Source of the DNA: Ignavibacteriota bacterium
GTDB taxonomy: Bacteria > Bacteroidota > Ignavibacteria > UBA10030 > CAVZMI01
NCBI GenBank assembly: GCA_963776275.1
Contig: CAVZMI010000023.1
Location: forward strand, 320,001 to 384,000
Direction: 5' to 3'
DNA: 64,000 bases
The notes beneath the pieces were generated by a model. It did no database searches and was not told the DNA's origin. It saw only the letters and a list, made by a program, of their open reading frames with translations. Shown piece by piece: positions 39,508 through 50,325 of this stretch. Made by a program: the position numbers and the translations under genes. The stretch's first letter is position 1, and every line of letters starts with the position of its first letter.

Positions 39508-40191
39508 TTATTTTACTTTTGCTCCACGAAGAACGATCACATATTCACCTTTCATTTTCTTTGTAGCAATTTCGCCGGCGACTTTTCCGAGGGGCCCGCG
39601 GAGAAATTGTTCGGTGGGCATAGTCAAATCGAATGCAATCGAGACTTCACGCGACGGACCGAGAACCGACACCATATCATCCATCACAACCCTGAACCGA
39701 TATGGGGTATCCATAATCACTGACGTCCGCCGTTCATTCTTGATGGCAAGCAGCTGTCTTCTCCTTATTTCCTTTTTAGGTGAGAGCCACCCGACAAAAA
39801 GAAATGAATCAAGTGAAAATCCTGATCCAACTAGCGCCGGCAATAGTGAAGAAGCCCCGGGTAAGGGAACAACGCGAACGTTATGATGAATGGCGGCTTG
39901 AACAAGCTCAGCCCCCGGATCCGAAAAAACGGGGGTGCCGCTGTCAGAGACCAGGGCTATTGATTTTCCATCAAGAAGATGCCCGACGGTTCTTTTCGTC
40001 GCCTCTACAACATTGTGCTCGTTCAGATTCTCGAGAGGTTTTTCTAATCCGATTTCCCTTAGAAGGGCTTTACCTTCCTTAAATTCCTCGCATATGATCA
40101 GGTCGACTTCCTTGAGCAGACGTAACGCACGGATTGTAATATCTTCCCAATTACCGATAGGTATTGGAATGAGATAGAGTATTCCCGCCAT
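39508..40191 (-). CDS. rsmI: 16S rRNA C1402 2'-O-methyltransferase
   Basis: PIGNWEDITIRAL, VSDSGTPVFSDPG, PLPGAS, KGEYVIV. Confidence 0.85.
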   Translation of the reverse strand: MAGILYLIPIPIGNWEDITIRALRLLKEVDLIICEEFKEGKALLREIGLEKPLENLNEHNVVEATKRTVGHLLDGKSIALVSDSGTPVFSDPGAELVQAAIHHNVRVVPLPGASSLLPALVGSGFSLDSFLFVGWLSPKKEIRRRQLLAIKNERRTSVIMDTPYRFRVVMDDMVSVLGPSREVSIAFDLTMPTEQFLRGPLGKVAGEIATKKMKGEYVIVLRGAKVK

Positions 40192-40203
40192 GCAATCCTC
40201 TGC

Positions 40204-40665
40204 TTACTGTCCTGTATGACCGAATCCCCCCACTCCACGGTCGGTCGAATCGAGTCTCTCAACTTCTATCCATTCCACACGATCATAGGAAGCGACAACG
40301 AGCTGCGCGATGCGGTCGCCGCGGTGGATGACGAAGGATTGTTTCCCAAAATTCGTAAGGATGATTTTTACTTCGCCGCGATAGTCGGAATCTATTGTGC
40401 CGGGAGCATTGAGAATTCCGATTCCGTGTTTAATGGAAAGTCCACTCCGGGGTCTGATCTGTCCTTCGAGCCCTTGAGGTAATTCGATGGAAAAACCCGT
40501 CGGAATAAGAGCTGTCTCACCCGGTGGAATAACGATATCGCTTTCAACTGCGGCATAAATATCCATTCCCGCCGATCCTTCCGTGGCATAGGCTGGAAGC
40601 GGAATATCCGGGTTTCGTCGGGACTGCGAGACGCGGGCAATTCGGACTTTGATTCGGTCTGTCAA
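40204..40665 (-). CDS. dut: dUTP diphosphatase
   Basis: [37 protein letters not shown]. Confidence 0.95.
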   Translation of the reverse strand: MTDRIKVRIARVSQSRRNPDIPLPAYATEGSAGMDIYAAVESDIVIPPGETALIPTGFSIELPQGLEGQIRPRSGLSIKHGIGILNAPGTIDSDYRGEVKIILTNFGKQSFVIHRGDRIAQLVVASYDRVEWIEVERLDSTDRGVGGFGHTGQ

Positions 40666-40791
40666 AGGAAATTGAATATGATAATGGATAATAGAAAAAT
40701 TTTATCGAAGATAATGTAGCGAGTGTACACTTCTAATGCAAGATATCCTTCATTGTTTTTTAATGAATTCTGCTACTACATGTTTACATAG

Positions 40792-40860
40792 CAAATCCCA
40801 AGTGTTGATAGCTGATATTATTGAATCGGATATTGATCAGCTTCTTCAGCTTGGGATTTG
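40792..40860. other. Long interrupted intergenic hairpin
   Basis: Outer stem CAAATCCCAAG/CTTGGGATTTG, inner stem AGCTGAT/ATCAGCT. Confidence 0.6.
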
Positions 40861-40916
40861 GCAATTAAATTGACCCGTAGGGTTGCGGACCCGTTGGGAA
40901 AATTGATGTTTTCTTT

Positions 40917-42896
40917 TTATCTCATTATTATCATTTTCTTTGTCATGACCGATTTCTCAACCTGCATTCTATAAAAATATACCCCGCTCGGCAATTGTGA
41001 TGCATCGAACTCGATGGTATGGCTACCCGCTACTTGATTCCCGTCGAGAATAAGCGCGACTTCCTGGCCGATTATGTTGAACACCTTCAGTAACACATGT
41101 GCATCATGAGGGAGATCATATCGGATATGCGTCGACGGATTGAATGGATTCGGATAATTCTGATACAATGCAATTGCTGTTGGAATCGCACTTCCGGATC
41201 CGCCACCGGGTTCAACCGCCGTGAGTTCTTCAAACGTGATATCAGGAACAACTGCACCTCCGCCGTTGATGTAATCAATCGCAGCCTGTGCGGTCCCTGT
41301 TGCAACGAACTCGGGTTTATCGGCTACCAGCGTGTAGTCAGCCGGTGGAAGTCCGCCAAGATCATAGGAACCATCGGCCCCCGTCACAGCATAATTTACC
41401 CTCACTCCGCTCGGCTGAAGTACTGCATAGACTATCGCTCCTTCAACAGGCTTTCCGTCTTTTGTGCGAACTCTTCCATGCACAAAACCGGCTCCCTGAT
41501 TTTGCTTTTTCACCACACCGACAATGAGACCGGTTTCCTGTCCGGCAAGCGAAATAGTATCTGCTTCTTTCCAATTCCAGACTCCGAAAGCATCTTTCTT
41601 GTAGAACGCGGGTAAATATTCTTTATAAGGAACCGCCATCAGAAGATATTTCCCATCATACAGATTTTCAAATTGGAAATTACCGTTCGAGTCTGTGCTT
41701 ACAGTCCGGCCCGGCCCAATATACGGTTTCCGTGCCGGAAATAGAATCAACCGTGAGACAACCCCCTGCCCGTTGCTGTCCTGTACAGAACCCGAAATCA
41801 GACTTGTCGCCTTCGGTACCGGGGTCAGCGAAAAATCAATTCCCGTAGTGTCGTTGGCAGGTGTAAATCGATCCGCTTCGAGTACATTGACTTTCCCATT
41901 ATAAAATTGAATCACATACCCCTTTGCGTATGCCGACGCAATATAAGTGAATCCGGCGAATACCTGTGCCGAATAGACCCCGTTGGAATCTGTAAGTCCG
42001 TTTCCACACGCGTCTTCGATCCTCCCCCATGTCGATTCCCCGAGATCGGGCATAGCCGGAGGTGCCGATTCTTCACCATTCTCGTCGAGATCATCGGGTT
42101 CGGGCTTAACCTTTGAGACAATCACCAATGCATGCTTGATCGGCTTTCCGCTGCTGTCGGTTACCGTACCGGATACCGTAATCTTTTGTGGTATTACTCT
42201 TTTTCTCATCTGGAAATTGATTGTCATCGTGGAATCGGGAATGATGTTAATTGGATCCGCTCCGATGATAGTAGGAGAGTTCTTCCACCAGACCGGTAAA
42301 TATTGATCCCAGGGCAATAGTGTCCAGGGAATTCGCCATGCCTTGACGGCCTGGGCATAATACACTCCGGTATCAATATTAGAGATAGAATACATACCGA
42401 GGCTGTCGGTTACACCACTATAGCCGAAGATAGGCATTCCAATGAAGCTTAAGATGATATACTTGCTGGATGGAAAGAGCTGGACATTTACATGTGGAAT
42501 CGGAAGTAGCGTTACGGCATCGACGACCTGCCCTGAAATTGTTCCGACGGCGTCGAGCACGCGAATTGCAAACGATTGATTCCCGGACCCTCCGCTATCT
42601 CCACGAGCATGAATCATGACAGAAAAATACCCCTTGTGCACCGGAGTCCATTGAATAAGTCCCGACACACTGTCGATCGTCATTCCAGTCGGTGGGTAGT
42701 GAAGTTTGTATGTTATAGTTTCGGCCGAATCGGAGCTCTTTGCCTCTGCGTCATAACTGTACAAAACCCCAACATGTGCAATTGTTATCGGCTTGGAGAT
42801 AAAAACTATTTTTGGATGCGGTTTAGCGAAAAGAGCCACAACGCTCAACAGATCAATTACCAGAAAAAGCACAACATAGTAACGGATTGATTTCAT
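40917..42896 (-). CDS. Secreted protein with Ig-like and repeated carboxypeptidase-regulatory-like domains plus T9SS C-terminal domain
   Basis: Signal peptide; GMTIDSVSGLIQWTP; four ISGxV...TDSxGxY-type repeats; QNYPNPFNP C-terminal domain. Confidence 0.8.
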   Translation of the reverse strand: MKSIRYYVVLFLVIDLLSVVALFAKPHPKIVFISKPITIAHVGVLYSYDAEAKSSDSAETITYKLHYPPTGMTIDSVSGLIQWTPVHKGYFSVMIHARGDSGGSGNQSFAIRVLDAVGTISGQVVDAVTLLPIPHVNVQLFPSSKYIILSFIGMPIFGYSGVTDSLGMYSISNIDTGVYYAQAVKAWRIPWTLLPWDQYLPVWWKNSPTIIGADPINIIPDSTMTINFQMRKRVIPQKITVSGTVTDSSGKPIKHALVIVSKVKPEPDDLDENGEESAPPAMPDLGESTWGRIEDACGNGLTDSNGVYSAQVFAGFTYIASAYAKGYVIQFYNGKVNVLEADRFTPANDTTGIDFSLTPVPKATSLISGSVQDSNGQGVVSRLILFPARKPYIGPGRTVSTDSNGNFQFENLYDGKYLLMAVPYKEYLPAFYKKDAFGVWNWKEADTISLAGQETGLIVGVVKKQNQGAGFVHGRVRTKDGKPVEGAIVYAVLQPSGVRVNYAVTGADGSYDLGGLPPADYTLVADKPEFVATGTAQAAIDYINGGGAVVPDITFEELTAVEPGGGSGSAIPTAIALYQNYPNPFNPSTHIRYDLPHDAHVLLKVFNIIGQEVALILDGNQVAGSHTIEFDASQLPSGVYFYRMQVEKSVMTKKMIIMR

Positions 42897-43073
42897 AGTA
42901 TCGCCCCCTTCTGACGTATATTAAAAGATATCGGATTATCAAATTTGACACTTTAAGATAGAAATTAGTTTATTTCAAAGCAGTGACGTGCATCAGAATA
43001 CTTCCTCCCACTATAAAATTATCAAATTTCAAAGCTTTTATCCAATTTTTTTAGAATGGCAATACCCTCAATT

Positions 43074-44993
43074 TTATAGCGATTCTTTCTTCGCCGGAAA
43101 TCCTTCCTTTTCAATCTGCATTCTCTTCAGCAATAATTCCTGATGCCGCGTTACAAACGCTGAAACCCCCTCACCGTGCTGTACAGCTTCTTTCATTTTC
43201 CGCTGGTTTTCTTCGATCATCATGTCATATTTTCTTTTCATCATTGCAACGAGTGCTGACTGTGCCACCTGCCAGATATCCGCTTCATCAATCGGTTTTT
43301 GCTCAGTCCATCCCGGACTTATTTCGTATTTACTGATAACGACATCGGTGATAAGGTTTTTCAACGGTACGTCCAGCTCGCTTTCAAGCAGCATATGCGG
43401 ATCGATAATCTCTCCAGCACGGTATTTATCAAGGAGCAGTTGTGCAACCGCTCGAGTGTGAGGATGTTCAAACTCATCGACCGAGACATGAGAGAGGATA
43501 AACTCGATCATTGTTCTCGGTTCTTCGAGCATGAGTTTGACCAGATCGCGTTCCGCAACCGATATTTCACGTTCCTTCCGGGGTGTGACATCCGAAATCG
43601 GAACGTCGACCACCGGAACCCGAAGTCCTTCAGTCGGATCCTGATCCCGGGACTGAATCGAGCTTCTGGTTTCATTCACTGAACGACTTCTGCCTGACTG
43701 CAGATGCTTCTCGAGTTCACGGTAGAGAACCGATTCGTACAACCCGTAACGCTCCGCCACATCTTTGATAAAAAAATTTCGCCTAAGCTCATCAGGAATT
43801 TTTGCAATTGTCTGGACGATCGATCGGGTTGCCTCGGCCTGCCCCTCGGGAGTCGCCAGTTTTCCCCGCCGATCGAATGTCCGAGCTTTAAATTCGATAA
43901 AAGAGATTGAATTTTTTATTAATTGCCGGAATATCTCCGCACCATTTTTTCTGACGAATGTATCAGGGTCATCGCCTTCAGGTAATTCCGCAACACGGAC
44001 ATCAAGTCCGTTTTCAATCACCAGATCGACACCGCGCATCATTGCCTGTGCACCGGCAGAATCGGCGTCATAGACCAGCGTTATATTGCGTGTGTACCTG
44101 CCGATTAATTGGATTTGTTCGGGAGTCAGGGCGGTTCCGCTCGACGCGACTACATTTAAAATTCCCGCCTGAAATACCGAGATGAGGTCGGCATATCCCT
44201 CGACGAGAATTGCATTTTCCTCGCGGCGTACAGCCTCACGGGCATTATAGAGACCGTACAGCACCCGGCTTTTATTATAGATAGGCGTTTCGGGAGAATT
44301 CACATACTTGGAAAGTTTATCATCGTCGTACAGTTTCCGGGCCCCGAACGCAATAACGCGTCCTGTTGGGGAAAAAATAGGAAACATCGCACGTCCCCGA
44401 AAGTAATCATAACAGCTTAGATCCTCACGCCGCCTTATGAGTCCGACTTTTTCGAGTTGATTATCCGCGAATCCCTGCTGCTGCATATACTCGATGAGTC
44501 CGTTCCACGATTGAAGCGAATACCCGAGGCCAAACTTGCGAATTGTCTCATCGGTGAATCCGCGCTGGTGGAAGTAGTTCAACGCAAACTCGCCTTCCGG
44601 TGTCGTTGTGAGATTATGAAAAAAGAACAGTCCAGCAAGACGCATTATATTAAAGAGCTGTTCATTTTCGCTCGCGGTCTGCTCTGCCTGTTCACTTTGA
44701 TATGTGGGGAGTGAAATACCCGCCCGCTCGGCGAGGACTCTGACAACCTCTACGAACGACACTTTTTCATGCTGCATCATAAATGTGAACACATTCCCGC
44801 CGACTCCGCATCCGAAGCAATGATACATCTGGCGATCGGGACTGACATTGAAGGAAGGCGTTTTTTCCTGATGGAATGGGCAGAGTCCGACGTAGTTCTT
44901 TCCTCTTTTTTTCAAAGAGATTACGGAACCGATCAGCTCGACGATATCGGTTGCATTGCGTATCTCGTCGATTTTGTCTTCAGGGATTTTCAT
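43074..44993 (-). CDS. dnaG: DNA primase
   Basis: CPFHQEKTPSF...CFGC Zn ribbon, KYVNSPET, VEGYAD, YDADSAG, DPD. Confidence 0.95.
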   Translation of the reverse strand: MKIPEDKIDEIRNATDIVELIGSVISLKKRGKNYVGLCPFHQEKTPSFNVSPDRQMYHCFGCGVGGNVFTFMMQHEKVSFVEVVRVLAERAGISLPTYQSEQAEQTASENEQLFNIMRLAGLFFFHNLTTTPEGEFALNYFHQRGFTDETIRKFGLGYSLQSWNGLIEYMQQQGFADNQLEKVGLIRRREDLSCYDYFRGRAMFPIFSPTGRVIAFGARKLYDDDKLSKYVNSPETPIYNKSRVLYGLYNAREAVRREENAILVEGYADLISVFQAGILNVVASSGTALTPEQIQLIGRYTRNITLVYDADSAGAQAMMRGVDLVIENGLDVRVAELPEGDDPDTFVRKNGAEIFRQLIKNSISFIEFKARTFDRRGKLATPEGQAEATRSIVQTIAKIPDELRRNFFIKDVAERYGLYESVLYRELEKHLQSGRSRSVNETRSSIQSRDQDPTEGLRVPVVDVPISDVTPRKEREISVAERDLVKLMLEEPRTMIEFILSHVSVDEFEHPHTRAVAQLLLDKYRAGEIIDPHMLLESELDVPLKNLITDVVISKYEISPGWTEQKPIDEADIWQVAQSALVAMMKRKYDMMIEENQRKMKEAVQHGEGVSAFVTRHQELLLKRMQIEKEGFPAKKESL

Positions 44994-45199
44994 CACTTAG
45001 CTATATAGTAAGAAAAACGGAAAGAAGAATCAACGAACCTTAATATGAATATTGAGCCATAAAAAAATGATAAATGTGTCCAACAGACATTCCGGTATTG
45101 AAAGCCAAGAGATGGATAACCGAAATATCCAAATGGAATTTAATAATTACGAGATATTAGTCGACAAGAATGGGAAAGAAACAGATGCTTATCATAGAT

Positions 45200-45502
45200 C
45201 TATGGATTTGTAACATGCAGGACTTTCCGATAGGCATAAACATATTTAGTGTTAATATCACCTCCGCCGATTCCACCGTCGAATCCAGCATTTAATAATG
45301 CTTGTTCAACATTACGTGCAGAAGGATATGATAAGGCTTCTCTATAAATCCACCATCCGTCTTTCTCCTGCACATTGTGTTCTTCAAATAGGCGTCGGTT
45401 TGGATCTGATGTAATACCGACATACCAATTCCCAAAGCCGCTTCCGTCTCGATTTGCGCGGGCTAATATATCATTGTATATCTCTTTTGCCGTACTTGCC
45501 AT
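45200..45502 (-). CDS. Small hypothetical protein with GIY-YIG-like motifs
   Basis: WYVGITSDPNRRLFEEH, ARNVE, C-terminal YVYAY. Confidence 0.6.
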   Translation of the reverse strand: MASTAKEIYNDILARANRDGSGFGNWYVGITSDPNRRLFEEHNVQEKDGWWIYREALSYPSARNVEQALLNAGFDGGIGGGDINTKYVYAYRKVLHVTNP

Positions 45503-45879
45503 AATGGATATCTTTTGATTGTGATAACTTCATTAAATATACGAATGAATAAGCGATTAAAACAAGAAAATAAATAGGATTCATGAAAAACAACGGTAAT
45601 AAATTATCGTCCGTAATCAGTGTAACAGGGCAGCCTGATAGAATGATTGAATCCCGGAAGCGTTCCTTTCGATTTCCTGTCTTGAATTCCTCAAGAGCCC
45701 GAGGTTCATAAGTTTTCGGCATATACTTATCTTCCCGGGAAATTTGCGTTCGGAATATGTGCCTTTCGAAAGCCGGGTGACCAAGTTAGAACACTGTTTC
45801 TACAGCCATACCGAGGCCACCATGTAAATTTCGAATTACGAATTTTAAATGTGCTCCGTAATATTGGTTATCATTCTTA

Positions 45880-45908
45880 TTGACATTCTTAGCTTCTCTC
45901 CGTAAGTT
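45880..45908 (+). promoter_or_regulatory. Putative sigma70 promoter
   Basis: TTGACA, 17-nt spacer, TAAGTT upstream of 45941. Confidence 0.5.
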
Positions 45909-45940
45909 ACTATCATATTCTTTAACAGGAAAGTAATCAC

Positions 45941-46642
45941 ATGAACTCTTACCACAAAATAGCAATTTGGATTGTAACGGTGTTGGTTATTTCCTCGCTA
46001 CCGGCATGGTCTCAATTTGAAGGGACGTTCACAACAACGACGACCGGAACAAGAGAAGGGAATACTCCATTTTCAATAACACAGGAAGTATCCATCAAGG
46101 GGAAAAAAATTCGGAGTGCTATGACGGCCCCGGGCGAACAGATGGGTTCTTTGATTATTATTTTTCGGGGCGACAAAGGCCGTGTCATTACAATCCTCGA
46201 TCAGGAAAAAGTGTACATGGAATTATCGATAAAAACGATTGAAGAAATGATGAAGAATTTCCCTCACGACACAAACATGGTGACAGTTACAAGGACTGGT
46301 AAAAAGCAAAAGTTCCTCGGTTACAACTGCGAGCAGATAATCCTGCAGGAAGGCGAAGCCACGATTGATATCTGGGGAACCTCAGAATTGACGTTTCTCC
46401 GTAAAGCAATGCAAACGATGAGCGAGGTACAAAAACAGAAGGTTCCTCAATGGTCAAAGGAATTGGATAAACTGCAGCTCTTTCCTATGAAAACGATTAT
46501 TAATGCACAGGGGACAAATGCTGAAATGACGGTAACATCCATCCAGAGAAAATCGCTGCCTGAGTCCATATTCAACGTTCCTGCAGGCTACAAAAAGCAA
46601 GATCTGCCGGCCGGTCAAACCGGTGGTCAAAAAAAACGCTAA
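45941..46642 (+). CDS. DUF4412-like exported protein
   Basis: Signal peptide; QFEG, TGKKQKFLGYNCE, FNVPAGY. Confidence 0.75.
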   Translation: MNSYHKIAIWIVTVLVISSLPAWSQFEGTFTTTTTGTREGNTPFSITQEVSIKGKKIRSAMTAPGEQMGSLIIIFRGDKGRVITILDQEKVYMELSIKTIEEMMKNFPHDTNMVTVTRTGKKQKFLGYNCEQIILQEGEATIDIWGTSELTFLRKAMQTMSEVQKQKVPQWSKELDKLQLFPMKTIINAQGTNAEMTVTSIQRKSLPESIFNVPAGYKKQDLPAGQTGGQKKR

Positions 46643-46650
46643 GGATTCTC

Positions 46651-47460
46651 ATGAAGCACCGGTATTCATCTTATGAAATAACTGCAGCAGAGCTAAAGCG
46701 GTATCGTTCCCTCCTACAGAAAAAATATCGTGAAAAAGAACAGATGTACATTGTCGAAGGAGTTCGCCTCTGTGAAGAGCTCTTTCAATCTCCAATCAAG
46801 ATCGCATCGGTTCTGTGTACACCGGACTTCGGCACAAGCGAACAGCGCCAGCAGCAGCTCCTCCATCTCATGAAAGAACGCAAAATCCCCCATCACAGGA
46901 TTTCACAGAAACAATTCGGTTCGATCTCGGCGACGGAACAATCTCAGGGAATCGTAGCGATTTGTGCGCAGCATCATGAGCCATCCGAGATACTGGTGCA
47001 TCGACTGACCGGATCGCCTGTTGTTTTGCTCGATCAAATCACCGATCCGGGAAATCTCGGAACAATCATCAGGACATGTGCATGGTTCGGAGCGGCTGCG
47101 ATCTTCATCGGCCGCCAGAGTGTCGATCTTTATAATCCGAAAGCGGTGAGGGCAACCATGGGGGGGATGTTTAAGATTCCAATTGCCGTTGAGGTTGACC
47201 TCGCAGCAGCAATTCAAGCGTTGAAAAAACGAGGATATATCATTTACACATCTCTTCCCGCAAGCGCCGAACCGATCGAGCAGGTCCGATTCGCCGCGAA
47301 TGCCGCATTACTTTTCGGGAACGAAGCGGAAGGGGTTCACCCCGCACTCATCTCAATGGCCGATCATCGCATCACAATTCCCGGCGGGAATGTTGAATCG
47401 CTTTCAGTGAGTGTAGCGGTGGGAATTATCATGTCATACGTAGCACGACGATCGTTATAA
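46651..47460 (+). CDS. TrmH/SpoU family RNA methyltransferase
   Basis: DPGNLGTIIRT, RATMG, FGNEAEG, VESLSVSVA. Confidence 0.9.
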   Translation: MKHRYSSYEITAAELKRYRSLLQKKYREKEQMYIVEGVRLCEELFQSPIKIASVLCTPDFGTSEQRQQQLLHLMKERKIPHHRISQKQFGSISATEQSQGIVAICAQHHEPSEILVHRLTGSPVVLLDQITDPGNLGTIIRTCAWFGAAAIFIGRQSVDLYNPKAVRATMGGMFKIPIAVEVDLAAAIQALKKRGYIIYTSLPASAEPIEQVRFAANAALLFGNEAEGVHPALISMADHRITIPGGNVESLSVSVAVGIIMSYVARRSL

Positions 47461-47475
47461 TAAACAACCTCTTTA

Positions 47476-47782
47476 TGGGGCTGTCTAAAAAGAAAAAATT
47501 TCTGCCATTTGTTCGGATATTAGCAACAAAGGTTACCTCAATACATCTCAATCCGCTGCGCATATTGAGACACTCAGTAACCTGGCTATATAATACATAT
47601 TAAAAATTTTTTCTATCCGAAATTTTGTTGCTGTAAAAATTACTTTCTGTCAGGCTATTGAAAAAGAGGAAATCGACATTCTTACGAAAGTCAGAATCTG
47701 GTAAATTAATAATAAAAGGAACGTTTTCCCTGAACGTAGTAGCACTGAAAACAGTTTTTCAACAGCCTGATAGATAGCCCCA
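47476..47782. mobile_element. Outer MITE / IS remnant
   Basis: TGGGGCTGTCTAAAAAG at the left; right end TAGATAGCCCCA(47771-47782), interrupted by the inner element. Confidence 0.5.
47650..47770. mobile_element. 121-bp MITE with IS5/IS1182-like ends
   Basis: TCAGGCTATTGAAAAA / TTTTTCAACAGCCTGA, 15/16 inverted match; no transposase. Confidence 0.65.
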
Positions 47783-47886
47783 CACACGCTTACACTCCCC
47801 GATTCAGTCGAAGTTGGTGATAGAAAATGATTACGTATGTGTTTGCAGAGTGGCAAAGCTAACCTACATAACTGCTTCACACTAAA

Positions 47887-47919
47887 AAGCCCCACATTGA
47901 CTAAGAGATGTGGGGCTTT
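47887..47919 (-). terminator. Intrinsic terminator after the YCF48-like gene
   Basis: AAAGCCCCACAT...ATGTGGGGCTTT. Confidence 0.7.
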
Positions 47920-47943
47920 CACTTTATCTCATTTTCTGTAGAC

Positions 47944-50325
47944 TTATTTTAACAGCATCATTTTCTTTGTCGATATAAAGTCATTCACATTCAAATGATA
48001 GATATACAACCCGCTTGAGAGATTGGCTGCATTAAACTCCACATTATATTTCCCGGGTTTTTGGTTCTGATTAACAAGAGTAGCGACCTCTCTCCCCATG
48101 ACATCGCAAATCCTTATTTTTACAAATCCTTCATGTGGTATCTGATATCCTATTGATGTCGTTGAATTAAACGGGTTTGGATAATTTTGGTTTAAACTGA
48201 ATTGCTTTTGTATAATGTCATCCGACTTTTCAACTGAAGTTGCAGTTTTGGTAGTAGCACTATCTTCTCTGCACAAAGCGGTACATCCGGTAGAATTAAC
48301 AGCCCTAACACGATACCAATATGTTCTGAGTGGATTAACGTTATTATCATTGTAGGTAGAAGTGTCAGGACTAACAGTAGTAATCTTTTTATAATTACCA
48401 CTATAATCATCGCTTCTAAAAATTTCAAAACCTGTTTCATTAGCAGAGTTATCCATCCAAGTTAGATTAACTTTACTTCCAGAAGCAGATGCAATTAAAT
48501 CACTTGGTGCTGAAGGTATGGTGAGGTTATCCAGGTAATTTATTATGGAAGCCTGTTCACCAACTGCCCAGCCGGTGTTTTTATCCAGGAAATAAGTTCC
48601 ATACAAACATTGTGAATTTGGATTTGTTATTTTTTGCCACAAATCTCCACCATCGGTTGTGTAGAGTGTAATACTTCCATAATCCGAATATGTTACACCA
48701 CCGACAGCCCAAAGAGTTTGGGCATCAATAATATGAAAATCAAGCAAGGTATAATTCTGTCCAAAATTTAAAATATCCCAACTAACTCCTCCGTCAGTTG
48801 TTTTTAAGATTGTACCTTCCCCTCCAACAATCCATCCAGTCATATTATTAAGGAACTTTATTTTATTTAAATCTACTGTCGTAGGCGTGTTTACTTTATT
48901 CCAATTGTTTCCGCCGTTGGTAGTTTTAAAAAGCCATCCAGAGGGACCAACAACATATCCGTTATTCGCATCTACAAAATAAACTCCTTTTAAATAGTAA
49001 CTACCGTATACATCTGTGAGAGTCTGTTCTACCCAAGAATTTCCACCATTTTCCGTTTTCCGGATTTTATCCCCAACAACCCAGCCTATTTGAGAATTAA
49101 GGAAAAATGAACTGTTAATATATTCATAGCTGGTAGTATATTTTAATTTCCATGAGTTTCCGCTATTTGTTGTTTTAAGTACAATATTATATCCTGTAAT
49201 CCAGCCGGTATTTACATCTGTAAAATAGACTGAAGTCAAATTATTATTGGTAGGACTTATCTGCGGGGCCCAGGTGTTTCCACCATTCTCGGTTTTTAAT
49301 ATTTTGCCGCTATCACCGACTGCAAATCCAACTAAAGGATCATTAAAGAAAATGCTGGATATTCTTCTATCTTGTGCAAGGTTTTGATAAGCTGGTAGCC
49401 AGCTGTCGCCAAGATTTGTAGTCTTAAAGATTTTTCCACCGGCACCTACAGCAAAACCTGCATTTGGAGTAAAGAAAACATCCATCATATTTTTAATAGA
49501 AGTTAATGTCCAAGAATTTCCACCATTTTGAGTACGATAAATACCATAATAGTTTGCTATCCATCCATTATTTTCATCTTTAAAAAACATTCCATAACCA
49601 GAACTGGTTACACCGCCAACTTCAACCCAAGTTGTTCCTCCGTTGGTGGTTTTCGCTACCTTTCCTCCGTCTCCAACAATCCATCCGGTTGTACTATCAA
49701 TGAATACAATTTCACTCCAGGAGTAATTATTGGGTACATCAAATAAATAAGTAAATGTCTGACCACCATTTGTTGTTCTACGTACCCCCCCAAATCCTAC
49801 CCAAAATCCTGTTGTTTGGTTAAGAAAATAAACGCCATAAATTTCGAAGGGTGCACCTTGATAATAACTCGTCCAGTTAGAACCTCCATCTGTTGTTGCG
49901 AGAATATAATTCCCGGCTCCAAGCCAACCATAATTTTCATTAATAAAATGAAGCGAGCTTATCCAATAATTATAACTGCTGGTCAATCGGGTCCAGGTTT
50001 CACCGCCATTCGTTGTTTTAAGAATTCTGCCGCTGTCACCAACTACAAATCCAACGTCAGCATTTAAAAATTGTACTGCGCTAAGTTCGGCAGTGGTATT
50101 ACTCAATTGACTGAGCCACGTTTGACCTCCATCGGTAGTTTTTAGAATGTAACCCATTTCCCCAACAGCCCACCCAACATCATCATTAATAAAGTGAATT
50201 CCATTTAAAATGTTTCCTTGAGGTTTTGGATTAATCCAAGACCAAGTTCCTTGTGCTTGAAGAATAATAGCATGAGTGAGGATGAATATTGCTATTAATA
50301 ATCTTCGTAAATTATTGATACACAT
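47944..50325 (-). CDS. YCF48/BNR-repeat beta-propeller protein with FN3 and T9SS C-terminal domain
   Basis: Many GW.VG..G.I.KT.DGG.TW repeats; PSAPSDL...W.DNSANE FN3; QNYPNPFN; AAGGAGG RBS before ATG 50325. Confidence 0.88.
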   Translation of the reverse strand: MCINNLRRLLIAIFILTHAIILQAQGTWSWINPKPQGNILNGIHFINDDVGWAVGEMGYILKTTDGGQTWLSQLSNTTAELSAVQFLNADVGFVVGDSGRILKTTNGGETWTRLTSSYNYWISSLHFINENYGWLGAGNYILATTDGGSNWTSYYQGAPFEIYGVYFLNQTTGFWVGFGGVRRTTNGGQTFTYLFDVPNNYSWSEIVFIDSTTGWIVGDGGKVAKTTNGGTTWVEVGGVTSSGYGMFFKDENNGWIANYYGIYRTQNGGNSWTLTSIKNMMDVFFTPNAGFAVGAGGKIFKTTNLGDSWLPAYQNLAQDRRISSIFFNDPLVGFAVGDSGKILKTENGGNTWAPQISPTNNNLTSVYFTDVNTGWITGYNIVLKTTNSGNSWKLKYTTSYEYINSSFFLNSQIGWVVGDKIRKTENGGNSWVEQTLTDVYGSYYLKGVYFVDANNGYVVGPSGWLFKTTNGGNNWNKVNTPTTVDLNKIKFLNNMTGWIVGGEGTILKTTDGGVSWDILNFGQNYTLLDFHIIDAQTLWAVGGVTYSDYGSITLYTTDGGDLWQKITNPNSQCLYGTYFLDKNTGWAVGEQASIINYLDNLTIPSAPSDLIASASGSKVNLTWMDNSANETGFEIFRSDDYSGNYKKITTVSPDTSTYNDNNVNPLRTYWYRVRAVNSTGCTALCREDSATTKTATSVEKSDDIIQKQFSLNQNYPNPFNSTTSIGYQIPHEGFVKIRICDVMGREVATLVNQNQKPGKYNVEFNAANLSSGLYIYHLNVNDFISTKKMMLLK

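Noticed and set aside
48560-50230. Tandem DNA repeats in the YCF48-like gene
   Set aside because: These are ordinary protein-level BNR/propeller repeats with diverged codons.
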